NCBI GenBank assembly: GCA_965202985.1
Contig: CBDBCF010000002.1
Location: 1-64,000 of the forward strand
From: Longimicrobiales bacterium
Lineage (GTDB): Bacteria > Gemmatimonadota > Gemmatimonadetes > Longimicrobiales > Gaopeijiaceae
DNA length: 64,000 nucleotides
Direction of reading: 5' to 3'
The notes under the pieces were generated by a model, which had not been told where the DNA came from, did not search any database, and was given only the letters and a program-made list of their open reading frames with translations. Of the stretch, positions 11,701 to 19,170 are shown piece by piece (position 1 is the stretch's first letter; each line of letters starts with the position of its first letter). A program made the position numbers and the translations under genes.

Positions 11701-12654
11701 CAGGAGCTGACCGGCGGGTTGGCGCTGAAGGCGGACGCTTTCGCCGTCCGCATCTTGTCGGACGACGTGGCGGGCATGGCGGGCGTGACGGCGGACGCGC
11801 AGCGCGTGCGTCTGGCGCCGGAGATCGGCGGCCAGTGGCAGCTGGGCGGCGGGCTGGCGATGCGGACGCGGCTCGAGGTGGGCGGTCGCTTCGACGGCGG
11901 CGACGCGGAGACGGGTATGGGCGCGGAGGCGGGCGCCGAGGTGGGGTTGGCGCACCAGGCCAGCGGGTTCAGCATGACGGCGCGAGGCCGCGCGCTGCTG
12001 GTGCACCAGGAGCGCGACTTCAAGGACTGGGGCGCCGGGTTCTCGCTGAGGTTGCAGCCGGGCGGCGAGGGCGAGGGCGGGCTGTCGTTCTCGGTCGAGC
12101 CGACGTGGGGCGACGCCGGGGCCGGCGCGCGGACGCTGTGGCAGGGCGGCGCCGACGTGTGGCGGACCGCGGGCGCCGGCGGCTTCGGCGCGCCGGGCCG
12201 GATTGCGCGGCCGGTCGGCGCGAACGTTCCGGCAGGCTCGGGTCTTGCTCGCAACCCGGGCGACCCGTCGGCGCAGGACGCGTCGGCTGCTGACGGCGAC
12301 GCGGCCGCCGGCTCGCAGGCGAGCCTGGGCCTCCCCGCAAGCTCCGGCCTCTTGGCGGCCACGAGCGCGCCGGGCTGGGCGCCCGACCGCGTGGCGATGG
12401 AGGTCGGCTACGGCGTGCTGCTGCCCGGCGGCAATCAAGTCAAGCCGTTCGGACGATGGAGCCGCGAGGGACCGACGGGCCATCGGGTGAACGTGGGGAC
12501 GCGGTGGTCGCTGCTGGGCGGCGAGACCGCGGGGCAAGAGCCCGCGGCCCCCGGCCTGCGCCTGACGATGGACCTGTTCGGCGAGCACGTCGCCAGCGGC
12601 GTCCAGCCCCCGGAACGCCGCGTCGGACTCTCCGGCAGGATCGTCTTCGAATAG
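1..12654 (+). CDS. Giant repetitive adhesin / autotransporter-like surface protein, probably 5'-truncated by the window
   Basis: 4217-aa ORF. About 23 repeats of ~125 aa (F-x-x-x-VDVTGTPQLAL...A-x-Y-x-SGTGT..L-x-F-x-Y-x-V...DAD-x-DG-x-SIG...LNGGTI) to ~8780. Five cadherin-like repeats with DxNE linkers at ~8790-10310. One further Ig-like domain. C-terminal beta-barrel-like region (WTVWGQ..., YLGLDYRF, LYPYLHW) ending in IVFE. Confidence 0.85.
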   Translation: MQGDTIKVLVVFSESVDVTGAPQLALGIDTLTRQASYVSGTGNDSLAFHYVLPGSSTDRDADGLSIGASALTLNGGTIRRAGSGTVNATLGLGAHAISNDRDHQVARRPAMAPIHFQTNPASDQTFAAGENIELRITWNTRVDKPTWQGMRLAIEIGADTVTAMPYQQNPWAVWFRYTVTNADLDENGISLPENALTNIGSVTLEGTLVEADNDLSAVTLADTATHKVNGARNVPHVTSTSIASDAGSDSTYARGDVIEIGVGFNENVDVGGSPRLAMTVGTATRQAVYASGTGGDSLAFRYVVGPGDVDADGISIGSSALTLNGGTIRRTGALVDAYLGLRVHTVAAAGAHKVDGAAGPPAVVGMPIASDAGTDSTYAANDTIEVAVVFNESVDVGGTPRLALGIGLRTRRASYAGGTGTDSLTFRYVVASGDADSDGLSIGASALALNGGTIKRAGDATVDAALSTANFVVANAAAHKVLGSGATIVTGTSFASDAGTDSIYVEGDTVAVEVVFNQAVDVTGTPQLALVLSAVVQASYVSGTGTATLRFNYVVASGDSDTNGISYGRDALTLNGGTIRRAGTATDAYLSLWTHVATDDRSHRVWEVPKVSSVSIPTGAGADQTWASGEIIDFFTVFDRGIAASVTASSAIYLTIGEDVRAGYIHNVNTGTRTLHWRYVPTLADLDADGLSVDSVALGGSDYVRTAGAPAGAANAFLEFTPIANASAHKVNGAQAVPHATGTAIASDAGGDDTYALGDTVEVGLVFNENVDVTGTPQLALGIGSATKQASYVSGTGGDSLVFRYVVAAGDADSDGISIGAGALALNGGTVRRAGSATVNAYLGLRVHVVANASAHKVDGSLGPPGVAGLAIGSPEVGDTFERGETIEVKVVFNKSVDVTGTPRLALGIGSATKQADYAAGTGTDTLVFRYVVVTADVDADGLSIGSGALALNGGTVRVSGGTTDALLGLGAHAVANSTGHKVAGGTFTASAPSGVAIASAPSSDSTYGRTEVIEVEVSFTRPVDVTGTPQLALGIDTLTRQASYASGSGTNTLAFHYTVVAADADSTGISVGASALTLNSGTINDARDGSTAAGLGLGSHAIANAAAHKVDGSLGPPTVSGVSLGNDPYNTEYERGERIEVRVQFHRAVDVTGTPQLALGIGSATRQASYVSGTGTTTLLFRYTVVQSDSDTDGISIAASALTLNGGAIRLSGATVDALLGLGSHAVANNSGHRVDGSSFTTPHVTGFHVQSTPASSQTYQLGERIEVTVGFARAVDVTGAPQFALGIGSQTRQAEYASGTGTRDLVFVYAVQAADVDADGLSVGGSALTLNGGTINDARVGGSAVFLTTSGDAFSNDANHKVNGGIGAPSVSGLVVASPPVGDAFERGDVVAATVEFNAAVTVTGTPQLALGIGAVTRQASYASGTGTSSLVFRYTVVQADADADGLSVGASALALNGGTVRRTGTTTNAVLGLGGHAVTNSAGHKVSGATLTASSPSGLAITSSPVVGDTYVQGDTIAVEVSFVRPVTATGTPQLALAIGDSTRQAGYSSGSGTSTLEFRYVVAASDADADGIGIGSGALALNGGTIVDARDGSTAAGLGLGSHAIASASGHKVAGAVPYVTSAFFLSATNAGLSYASTDSVFGLGDQIRVGVGFNAGVTATGTPRLALGIGAQTRSAAQCGTTGGGVILVFCYTVVAADADSTGISIGASALTLPGGATIRATGTTTDARLSLVPWNFADAVAYQVDGSKEVAPGVAGVAISSAPASDSTYGRTEAIEVEVEFERSVDVTGAPQLALSIDTLTRQASYASGGGTRTLTFRYVVAAVDADSTGISVGASALTLNGGAIVLSGGTTAATLGLGTHAITNAAAHKVNGSLGPPGVTGLAIGSPVVGDVFERGETIEVELEFNRAVDVTGTPRLALTIGSATRQASYASGTGTTGLVFRYVVASGDADADGLSIGSGALTLSGGTIRLAGGTLDATLGLGTGVVVTNSGGHQVSGSTFTVPAVTAVTVSSAPASGQTYQLGESIEVKVAFGRPVAVTGAPRLALTIGTTTRQAGYDAASSKADTLVFGYAVRPSDADADGLGIAASALTLSGGTIADVRPGAVAAALDLGSSAVTNDASHKVNGGLGPPGVTGLTVASPPTGTTFERGDTIVATVTFNKSVDVTGTPRLALGIGSQTRQAAYASGTGTASLVFRYVVATADADANGLSIGANALALNGGTIDVAGGTTDALLSLEHYAFGNASNMLVAGGTFTAASVSGVTISSSPAGGGTYGLSEEIGVEVTFNRNVAVTGSPELALTIGSQTRQASYVATTGGRVLSFAYTVVAADADGNGLSIGASALSLNGGTIADARDANEAASLGLGSHAISNAGSHRVDGTQGPPGVSGVSIASPPIGDTFERGDTVVATIVFNKAVDVTGTPQLALGIGSTTKQASYASGTGTASLVFRYVVVTADADADGISIGATALALNGGTIDVAGGTVDAVLGLGTHAVTNSAGHKVAGGTFTAASVSGVALTSSPAVATTYGRDERIEVQVTFNRRVAVTGTPQVALTVGAQTRQADYASGTGTRALTFRYVVVAADADADGIEVGASALALNSGTIADARDGSTAASLGLGSHALSAAAGHKVAGTLAGASVTGVAVSSTPDSADTYGLGERIEVEVTFDRAVTVTGAPELALTVGAVARQAGYAGGSGTATLSFAYRVRGAGSGGSGTGGVDADADGIGVAAAALTLNGGTIVNTADGVRPATLALGAHAIAAAANDKVDGTVEVAPVVVGVAVTSEPVATGLYGAGGVIRVEVTFSRPVDVAGASSSPALAASMSAAAAANTAAARLAIDVGGTTRHARYVSGSGTAVLAFEYVVRPADRDPDGISIPADALAEAAGALRIAGGTTLAALDLGAHAVTDLTGHAVNGAGSLDPVFGRLEYEFELAENVAGPLPVGEVVATSPLGAEMRYGLESGGEGLFEVDVSSGVVTYVGGGEDAEQRSEYVMLVVAVTGGVGESEQLETTAKVTVKVVNENDEAPSFVEERWAFELAEDVAGPLALGVLEAVDLDEGDTLTYALVAGDRERFELDGQTGELRYVGAGEDYEAGAGPWVLEATATDLLGRTARTTATVVVADVNEPPAFADSAYAFELAENVAGPLVLGAVRATDPDRDDPPAYSLAEGDAERFEVDAVTGEVRYVGAGEDAETGPESWALEVRATDRGGVAVVASVTVALLDRNEAPVFAAERYEWEFEENVAGPLVLGMVEAADPDRADTLVYSLSGEAAALFEVDAGTGEVRYAGEGEDYEAGPASWEFEVVATDGEGMAARAVATVALLDVNEAPSFADSAYAFELAENAAGPLMLGMVEAIDPDRGDAPAYSLAEGDAARFEVDAGTGEVRYVGSGEDYEQGPPTFALTVRATDAGGLTAEASVSVTLLDVNEGPEAVGAMSPKTLEAYGAAVEEELAQYFRDPDGDALTYAVESSAPAVADATVTGAGRLSIAPQAIGEAVVTVRASDPGGLSAVQQVRVTVEASRSERARALELTLAAFGRSLGTETVDAIGGRLGLGSSGALGRSHVQLGGRSLACGAPGAGSGGFGGGVPGVASAARDQTDGSVAASADGRTDGDAANAVHEQADAGEGHAEGGDDSGAAGIGGSDHCGLESLVRGATGLLGLQIAHPGSADAAGGTVDLAALLFGDGRGGAFGQPTAGGAGGMGGMGGAYQGRQQPEAGRADRTGGLTFNPVDARGLRSQSSFQLAFGGSDGSASGAASVSSQAAVRSGWTVWGQANLGEFEGRPQDDFAMDGRTRSAYLGLDYRFGSGFLMGLAGSRSDMEAGFDSRINGAGSVDARLTSLYPYLHWSSGGGFGVWGLAGAGRGDATLEESAGGRFDTDLEMRMGALGVRQELTGGLALKADAFAVRILSDDVAGMAGVTADAQRVRLAPEIGGQWQLGGGLAMRTRLEVGGRFDGGDAETGMGAEAGAEVGLAHQASGFSMTARGRALLVHQERDFKDWGAGFSLRLQPGGEGEGGLSFSVEPTWGDAGAGARTLWQGGADVWRTAGAGGFGAPGRIARPVGANVPAGSGLARNPGDPSAQDASAADGDAAAGSQASLGLPASSGLLAATSAPGWAPDRVAMEVGYGVLLPGGNQVKPFGRWSREGPTGHRVNVGTRWSLLGGETAGQEPAAPGLRLTMDLFGEHVASGVQPPERRVGLSGRIVFE
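8790..10310 (+). repeat. Five ~300-bp cadherin-like repeats
   Basis: Repeated FELAENVAGPL..G.V.A.DPD...YSL..GD..RFEVD..TGEVRY...DVNE. Confidence 0.8.
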
Positions 12655-12867
12655 GGAGAATCCCCTCGACGCCCCAGCGCGCCGAGGCGGCGCCTCCCCC
12701 GGGCGCGGAGAAACGGGCCGGCACGGTCGTCCGCACGACCTGCCGGCCTCCTCCGTCGCGGGGCGCCAGCGACTCCTCGTCGGCTGTTTCGGGAGGCCGG
12801 TCGCGCCGGCGGGCTTGGTCCAGTGTATCTTGTTTCGCGACCTTCCCTCCCTTCCTGCCGAACCTCC

Positions 12868-14115
12868 ATGAGAAACCATCGAACTGCGCAGCCCGCAGAT
12901 CGTGGCTCCGGCCAGGCTTCCGAGAGCCGCCGCCTATTCACGTCCGAGTCCGTCACCGAGGGCCACCCGGACAAGCTGGCCGACCAGATATCGGACGCCG
13001 TGCTGGACGCGGTCTTGAAGGAGGACCCGAACGGCCGCGTGGCTTGCGAAACTCTCGTCACGACCGGGATGGTGCTCGTGGCCGGAGAGCTGACCAGCGC
13101 AGCCCGGGACCTGGATATCCCGAAGCTTGCGCGGGACACCCTCTTGGCCGCGGGCTACGACAACGCCGACTACGGAATCGACGCCGAGACCTGCGCGGTG
13201 CTGACGGCGATCGACCGCCAGTCGCCCGAGATCGGCGCAGGCGTCGACCGAGGCGGCGCCGGGGACCAGGGCATGATGTTCGGCTACGCCTGCCGAGACG
13301 CTCCAGGGTGCATGCCGGCGCCGATCTACGCTGCCCACGCCCTGGTTCGATCGCTGTCGCGCGCACGAACCCAAGGAGACATTGCGTGGCTGCGCCCCGA
13401 CGGAAAGGCGCAAGTGACGTTCAAGTACGACAACGAGATGCGGCCGGTCGCGGTGGACACGGTGGTGGTGAGCGCCCAGCACCACGACGGCGTCGACACG
13501 AAGCGAATCGAGGAGGAGCTCCGAGCCCGAGTGATCGATCCGGTCCTGCGCGAAGTCGCGGAGGAAGTCGGCGTCGAAACCGAAGCCGCAAGGTACCGCA
13601 TCAACCCCACCGGCAGCTTCGTCAGGGGGGGACCCCACGGCGACGCCGGACTCACGGGCAGGAAGATCATCGTGGACACCTACGGAGGCATGGCCCGTCA
13701 CGGCGGGGGCGCGTTCTCGGGCAAGGACGCCACGAAGGTGGACCGCTCGGGAGCCTACGCCGCCAGGTGGGCGGCCAAGAGCCTGGTGGAAGCGGGGGCG
13801 GCCAGCCGTTGCGAAGTGCAAGTGGCGTATGCCATCGGCGTTGCCGAGCCGGTGCAGGTCTTCGTCGAGTCCTTTGGCACGGGGAAGCGATCCGACCAAG
13901 TGCTGTCCGAGGCCGTGGCGTCGGTCTTCGACTTTCGGCCCCAGGCCATCATACGCGACTTGGACTTGTGGAAGCCGATCTATCTCAAGACCGCCGCGTA
14001 CGGCCACTTCGGACGCGCTCCGGCGACCGTCGGCACGGAGGACGAATGCACAAGATACTTTCCGTGGGAGCGAACCCACTTGGCGGACGACCTGAAGACG
14101 GCGCTCGAGCTCTAG
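12868..14115 (+). CDS. metK: S-adenosylmethionine synthetase
   Basis: [53 protein letters not shown]. Start at ATG 12868 is a judgement. Confidence 0.97.
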   Translation: MRNHRTAQPADRGSGQASESRRLFTSESVTEGHPDKLADQISDAVLDAVLKEDPNGRVACETLVTTGMVLVAGELTSAARDLDIPKLARDTLLAAGYDNADYGIDAETCAVLTAIDRQSPEIGAGVDRGGAGDQGMMFGYACRDAPGCMPAPIYAAHALVRSLSRARTQGDIAWLRPDGKAQVTFKYDNEMRPVAVDTVVVSAQHHDGVDTKRIEEELRARVIDPVLREVAEEVGVETEAARYRINPTGSFVRGGPHGDAGLTGRKIIVDTYGGMARHGGGAFSGKDATKVDRSGAYAARWAAKSLVEAGAASRCEVQVAYAIGVAEPVQVFVESFGTGKRSDQVLSEAVASVFDFRPQAIIRDLDLWKPIYLKTAAYGHFGRAPATVGTEDECTRYFPWERTHLADDLKTALEL

Positions 14116-14134
14116 CCGGCAACGGAGGAAGCGG

Positions 14135-14662
14135 GTGAAGGAAGTGCGCGTGCAAAGCATCGCCCTGGACCAGACGAACACGCCCGTGGTCATCCTCAAG
14201 GAAGTGGACGACGAGCGCGTGCTGCCGATCTGGGTCGGCCCCGGCGAAGCGAACGCCATCGCCGTGAAGATGAAGAACGTCTCTCTGCCGCGGCCGCTCA
14301 CTCACGACCTGTTCGTCTCCATGATCGCCGGCCTGGGGGGCACTCTGCGCCGCGTCTTGATCACGCGGGTGGAGGAGCGCACCTACTTCGCCGAGCTGAT
14401 CATCGATCGCGACGGCGAACTCGTCTCCATCGACGCCCGGCCCTCCGATTCCATCGCCCTGGCGCTGCGGACCGAGGCGCGGATCTTCGCCGCCGACTCC
14501 TTGTTGATGCGCATGCCCGAGCCCTCCGAGCCCGATGCCGGTCAGGCCGGCGGACTTGAAGACGGCGAATCGGACGAGGAAACGACAGGCATGACCGGCA
14601 AGGACCTGGAGGACCACTTGCGCAAGCTGCGTCCCGAGGATCTGGGCCGCTTCGACCGCTGA
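14135..14662 (+). CDS. Bifunctional nuclease family (DUF151) protein
   Basis: LPIWVG..EA..I, RPLTHDL, IDARPSDSIALALR. Confidence 0.92.
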   Translation: MKEVRVQSIALDQTNTPVVILKEVDDERVLPIWVGPGEANAIAVKMKNVSLPRPLTHDLFVSMIAGLGGTLRRVLITRVEERTYFAELIIDRDGELVSIDARPSDSIALALRTEARIFAADSLLMRMPEPSEPDAGQAGGLEDGESDEETTGMTGKDLEDHLRKLRPEDLGRFDR

Positions 14663-15789
14663 CTGCCCTTCTAGCCCTCGCCGTTCTGACGCCGTCCGCC
14701 CCGGCGCAAGCCGCGTCCGCTCCGGCCCCAGAGCCGGCCCAGACCGCGCCCCCCGGGGTCTCTTCCGGCTTCGCGCTGTCGGGCGAGGTCCGGATCGGCG
14801 ATGCGCTCGCAAGCGGAGGAACCGTCGTGCTCCACCGCGTGTCGGCGTTCTTCTCGGGCGAGGTCGACAGCGCGGCCGTGAATCCGGACGGAACCTTTCT
14901 CCTGCATGCCCCACGAGCGCCGGACCCCGCCGGCGGCGACGTCTACTTCGCCTCGACCCGCTATCAGGACATCCTCTACTTCGGCGAGGCCGTCGCCGCC
15001 GTTCCGGAGGTCGACGCGCCCCCCTACGTGATCCGGGCCTACCCGACCGCGGTCGGGCCGTCGCCGGCCGTTCAGGTTCGCAACCTCTTCTTGGAGCGCG
15101 ATGCCCCCGGATCCGGCTGGAACGCCACGGACCTCTTCGAGCTGCGGAACCCGGGCGCCGCAACCCTGGTCGCGTCCGAGCACGGCGCCACGTGGTCGCA
15201 TGCACTGCCGCCGGGTGCGCGGGACTTCTCCGTGGGCTCGAGCGACTTGTCTCCCGATGCGGCCACCTTCGCCGGCGGCAGAGTTCGCGTGTCCGAGGCG
15301 ATGCCGCCGGGCGATCGCGTCTTCCTGTTCCGGTATCGCATTCCCGGCGACAGCATCGCCGTGCCCATGGAGGGCCTGACCGGCTCCATGGAGCTCCTGG
15401 TGCGGGAGCCCGCGGGCCGGCTCTTCGTCCAGGGCTTGGCGCCCGCGGCGCCCGTGGATATCGACGGCGGCACGTTCCGGCGGTTCGCGGGCCGGGACTT
15501 GGCGCCCGCCACGGTGCTGATGGCGCCCCGCGACGCCCGGGCGCCCGTCGAGGCCGTGCCCCTCTTGGCCGCGATCACCTCCCTCGTCCTGGCGCTCGCC
15601 GGGGCTCTCGTCCTGGCCCGCGGCCAGCGTCCGGCGCACCCGTCGCCCCGTCCCCCGGCAAGCGCCCCTGCCCGTCGCCGCGTGCTCGTCCAAGTCGCGG
15701 AGCTGGACGAAGCCCTGGCGGCGGGAGAGGTCGATCCCGCCGAACACCGCCGTCGGCGCGCCCAGCTGCTCCGTCGGCTGACGGCGTAG
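14659..15789 (+). CDS. Exported/membrane-anchored hypothetical protein (possible CTG start)
   Basis: The frame of ORF 14827-15789 is open back to CTG 14659 and encodes a signal-peptide-like N-terminus (LTALLALAVLTPSAPAQA). C-terminal TM helix followed by LDEALAAGEVDPAEH. Confidence 0.6.
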   Translation: MTALLALAVLTPSAPAQAASAPAPEPAQTAPPGVSSGFALSGEVRIGDALASGGTVVLHRVSAFFSGEVDSAAVNPDGTFLLHAPRAPDPAGGDVYFASTRYQDILYFGEAVAAVPEVDAPPYVIRAYPTAVGPSPAVQVRNLFLERDAPGSGWNATDLFELRNPGAATLVASEHGATWSHALPPGARDFSVGSSDLSPDAATFAGGRVRVSEAMPPGDRVFLFRYRIPGDSIAVPMEGLTGSMELLVREPAGRLFVQGLAPAAPVDIDGGTFRRFAGRDLAPATVLMAPRDARAPVEAVPLLAAITSLVLALAGALVLARGQRPAHPSPRPPASAPARRRVLVQVAELDEALAAGEVDPAEHRRRRAQLLRRLTA

Positions 15790-15810
15790 CGAGGGGCGGT
15801 CCCTCAGGCC

Positions 15811-16569
15811 ATGCCCGACGTCGTCACCAGCGCGATTCTGCTGCGGACGCACCCCTACTCCGAATCCAGCCGCGTGCTTCGCTTCTACGCCCGCAACCTA
15901 GGGCTGGTGGGCGTCATGGCCCGGGGGGCGGGCAAGGGCGCGTCGAAGGGCAGGGGGGGTGCAAGCGCCTTCGCCGAAGGGACGGCGGTCATCTCGGTTC
16001 GGGACAACCGGGAGTTGCAGACCCTGCGCGAGTTCGCCCCGCTCAACGCCCGCCTGGGACTGGCCGGCGGCCTGCAACGCTTGGCCGGGGCCGCGCTTGC
16101 CGCCGAGCTGGTCCTCCGCCACGCCGCGCAGGAGCCCCACCCGCCCCTGTACGACCTCTTGTCGCAAGGGCTGGATCGCTTGGCCGACGCGCCCGGCGCA
16201 ACGGTGGCGGGCGAAGTGCTGGCCTTGGGCTGGACCATGATCCGGATCTTCGGCTTCAGCCCCGAGCTATCGGCCTGCACAAGCTGCGGCAAGGTCTTGG
16301 AGGACGAGATGGCGCGCTTCGATCTGGTGTCCGGGGGCGTCCGCTGCTCCTCTTGCGGCGCGCCCCAGGGCTCGCGGAGGATCGGACCCGAAGCGCGACG
16401 GCAGCTCGCTCGGTTCCTGGAAGGGGAACCCGCCGCCGAATTTCCGGGTCCGCGCGCCCACTTGGCCCTTCTGGACGACTTCGTGACCTGCCACCTCCTG
16501 GGCGGACGCCGGCCCGAGTCGCTTCGCTTCCTCCGATTCCCTTCCGGCCGTGCCCCAGCCCGTTCGTAG
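15811..16569 (+). CDS. recO: DNA repair protein RecO
   Basis: [32 protein letters not shown]...GGVRCSSC zinc motif. Confidence 0.92.
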   Translation: MPDVVTSAILLRTHPYSESSRVLRFYARNLGLVGVMARGAGKGASKGRGGASAFAEGTAVISVRDNRELQTLREFAPLNARLGLAGGLQRLAGAALAAELVLRHAAQEPHPPLYDLLSQGLDRLADAPGATVAGEVLALGWTMIRIFGFSPELSACTSCGKVLEDEMARFDLVSGGVRCSSCGAPQGSRRIGPEARRQLARFLEGEPAAEFPGPRAHLALLDDFVTCHLLGGRRPESLRFLRFPSGRAPARS

Positions 16570-18592
16570 CCTGGTTCTGGGCACCGCCGGCCACATCGAC
16601 CACGGAAAGACGGCGCTGGTGGGCGCCCTCACGGGGGTGGACACCGACCGCTTGGCCGAAGAGAAGCGCCGCGGGATCACCATCGAGCTCGGGTTCGCCC
16701 GCTACGAACCGGAGGCCGGCTGCGCCTTCGGCGTCGTGGACGTGCCCGGCCACGAGGGCTTCGTCAAGACGATGGTGGCCGGCGCCACCGGGATGGACGT
16801 GGTGCTTCTGGTCGTGGCGGCGGACGAGGGCGTCATGCCCCAGACCCGCGAGCACGTGGCGATCGTGGGACTCCTGGGGGTCGCCGAGATGGTCGTAGCG
16901 CTGACCAAGGCCGACTTGGCGGAAGACGAGTGGCTGGACTTGGTGCAGGAGGACGTGGAGGACCTCTTGGCCGACACGCCGTACCGAGGCGCGGAGGTCG
17001 TCCCCACGTCCGCGGAGACCGGTGCCGGGCTGGACGACCTGGCCCTCGCCCTGACGCGAAGCGGCGCCCGCGCGCGCCGTCGCGCCTCCGGCGACCTGTT
17101 CCGCCTTCCGGTGGACCGCGTCTTCGCGGTCGAAGGCGCCGGCACCGTGGTCACGGGCACCCTCTGGTCGGGCTCGCTGGCTCGCGGCGAGAGCGTTCGA
17201 CTGCTGCCCCGCGACGAAGGGGCACGCGTGCGGGCCGTTCAAGTGCACGGGGAACAGGTGGAGAGCGCTGTGGCGGGCCAGCGCACGGCCGTCGCCCTGA
17301 CCGGCGCCGCCGTCCGGCGCGGCAAGGTGGCGCGAGGCGACGTGCTCGTGTCGCACCCCTGCTGGGCGCCCGCCATGATGCTCACCGTAGAGATCGCGGT
17401 CCTGCCCGGCACAGGCTGGCGCATGGAGGCCGGCCAGCGCGTGCGGGTCCACTTGGCCACCGTGGAGGTCTTGGCCCGAGTTGCCCTCTTCGGTGCGCCG
17501 GAGATCGCTCCCGGCGACAAGGCCCTGGCGCAGCTTCGGCTGGAGATGCCGGCCGTGGCACGGTGCGGCGACCGCTTCGTCGTCCGCTCCTATTCGCCCG
17601 TCGCCACCATCGCCGGCGGCGTCGTGCTGGAACCGGTCCCCCCGAAGCGAAAACGCCTCTCGCAAGACGAACGCGCCGCCCTGTCCGCCTTGGCCCGCGG
17701 CGGCTCCGACGCCGTGCGCGGCGCCGTTGCCCTGGCCGGGTGGGCGGGCTTGGCCGAAGACGCCCTGGGCGTGCAGGCGGGCCGACTTGCCACGACCGCT
17801 GCGGCCGCAGACCGATCGCCCGCGCCTTCCGCAAGCGCCGCTTCGGACCCGGCCGCAACCCCGTCGTCCGCCCCTTCCGCAAGCGCCGCTCCGGCTCGTC
17901 GCGCCCTCGGCGTGCGCGGCGTCTCGAGCCTGGACGGCATTGTGTTCGGCGACGAGATCGTGGCGCAGGGGGAAGACCGCATCCTTGCCGTCGTGAAGGC
18001 GCATCACCGCCGCTCTACCCTGGACGTCGGCGCTCCGCTGGAGGTGCTGCGGGGCGCGCTTCCCGCACGCAGCAACCCCAGGCTCGCTGCCGCCCTGGTC
18101 GCCCGCCTCGTCGACGCCGGGCGCCTGGTGGTCGAAGGCAAGGCCGCGCGCCTCCCCGAGTTCGAGGCCGCCTTGTCGCCCGAGGAAGAAGCCCTGGCCG
18201 CCCGGATCGCCCATCTCCTGGACAAGGCCGGGCTTCAGGGCCCCACCACCGAAGAGCTGTCGGCCCTGGTGTCCGACCACCCGCGAACGGCTCCGGTGCT
18301 GGGCTTCATGGCGAGCCGGGGCCGCGTGCGTCTGCTGGGGGACGCCTACTGGACGGCCTCGACCGCGTTGGCCCAAGCGGCGGCGCGGACCGTCGCCGAA
18401 CTCGGCGGCCAACGCGGGCTGGGGCCCGCCGACTTTCGCAAGGCGCTGCCCGTGACGCGCAAGCACCTCATCCCGCTCCTGGCTCACCTCGACGCCACCG
18501 GCGTCACGATCCGCGAGCCGGCCGGCCGGCGCGTGTCGGCGTCCCTGCCGCCAAGCCCGAGCAACGAACCCGGCCCTTCGAACGTCCAATAA
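16550..18592 (+). CDS. selB: Selenocysteine-specific elongation factor
   Basis: [46 protein letters not shown]-terminal winged-helix [13 protein letters not shown]. Confidence 0.95.
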   Translation: MPQPVRSLVLGTAGHIDHGKTALVGALTGVDTDRLAEEKRRGITIELGFARYEPEAGCAFGVVDVPGHEGFVKTMVAGATGMDVVLLVVAADEGVMPQTREHVAIVGLLGVAEMVVALTKADLAEDEWLDLVQEDVEDLLADTPYRGAEVVPTSAETGAGLDDLALALTRSGARARRRASGDLFRLPVDRVFAVEGAGTVVTGTLWSGSLARGESVRLLPRDEGARVRAVQVHGEQVESAVAGQRTAVALTGAAVRRGKVARGDVLVSHPCWAPAMMLTVEIAVLPGTGWRMEAGQRVRVHLATVEVLARVALFGAPEIAPGDKALAQLRLEMPAVARCGDRFVVRSYSPVATIAGGVVLEPVPPKRKRLSQDERAALSALARGGSDAVRGAVALAGWAGLAEDALGVQAGRLATTAAAADRSPAPSASAASDPAATPSSAPSASAAPARRALGVRGVSSLDGIVFGDEIVAQGEDRILAVVKAHHRRSTLDVGAPLEVLRGALPARSNPRLAAALVARLVDAGRLVVEGKAARLPEFEAALSPEEEALAARIAHLLDKAGLQGPTTEELSALVSDHPRTAPVLGFMASRGRVRLLGDAYWTASTALAQAAARTVAELGGQRGLGPADFRKALPVTRKHLIPLLAHLDATGVTIREPAGRRVSASLPPSPSNEPGPSNVQ

Positions 18593-18596
18593 GTCC

Positions 18597-18638
18597 TTGA
18601 CCTCTGTCGCAACCGGCGCTTATCGTTACCCGGTTGCG
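18597..18638 (+). promoter_or_regulatory. Putative sigma70-type promoter with overlapping 9-bp inverted repeat
   Basis: TTGACC-N18-TATCGT; CGCAACCGG (18608-16) / CCGGTTGCG (18630-38). Confidence 0.4.
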
Positions 18639-18649
18639 GGCGTCGCGTC

Positions 18650-19153
18650 ATGTCGCTGGGCGACAAGATCAATGCTATCGGCTCGAAGGCGGCGAATCTG
18701 GTGAGACTCGTGTTCTGCTTGGCGTTGCTTGCCGTTTCCGGCGGCCTGCCGGGAGCGCTTGCCCAGGACCCTCCCCCCCCTGCGGATCAACAGGGGACGG
18801 ACGAGGGCGCGTCCGGCTTTCGCCTGGAGCAGAACTACCCGAACCCGTTCAACCCCGAAACGCGCATCCCGTTCCACCTTTCCGAGGACCTGTTCCAGGA
18901 CGGCGAGCCCGCGACCGTGTCGGTTCGCATCTACAACATCCTGCAACAGTTCGTGGTCGCCCCGCGCGCGTTGCGGTACCCGGGCGGCGAGGGGTTGCCG
19001 CTCCTTCAGCTGGAGTACACGTCGCCGGGTCGCTACGAAGCCTACTGGGACGGCCGCGACCGAACGGGCAACCACGTGGCTTCGGGCGTCTACTTGGTCC
19101 AGATGGTGGTCAACGGCCGCGCCGCCTGGATGAAGATGTTCGTCACCAAGTAG
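18650..19153 (+). CDS. Small secreted protein consisting of a FlgD-Ig / T9SS C-terminal-sorting-like domain
   Basis: Signal peptide, then LEQNYPNPFNPETRIPF...VRIYNILQQ...WDGRDRTGNHVASGVYLVQM. Confidence 0.8.
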   Translation: MSLGDKINAIGSKAANLVRLVFCLALLAVSGGLPGALAQDPPPPADQQGTDEGASGFRLEQNYPNPFNPETRIPFHLSEDLFQDGEPATVSVRIYNILQQFVVAPRALRYPGGEGLPLLQLEYTSPGRYEAYWDGRDRTGNHVASGVYLVQMVVNGRAAWMKMFVTK

Positions 19154-19170
19154 GCGACTCCCCGCGCACG

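Noticed and set aside
646..12879. 4077-aa antisense ORF and other long shadow ORFs (e.g. 26389-29619, 33300-37031)
   Set aside because: Arg/His/Pro-rich mirror frames of real high-GC genes, with no recognisable motifs.
16550..18592. Selenoprotein or Sec operon around selB
   Set aside because: No selA, selD or tRNA-Sec recognised, and no gene with a convincing in-frame UGA/SECIS seen in this window.
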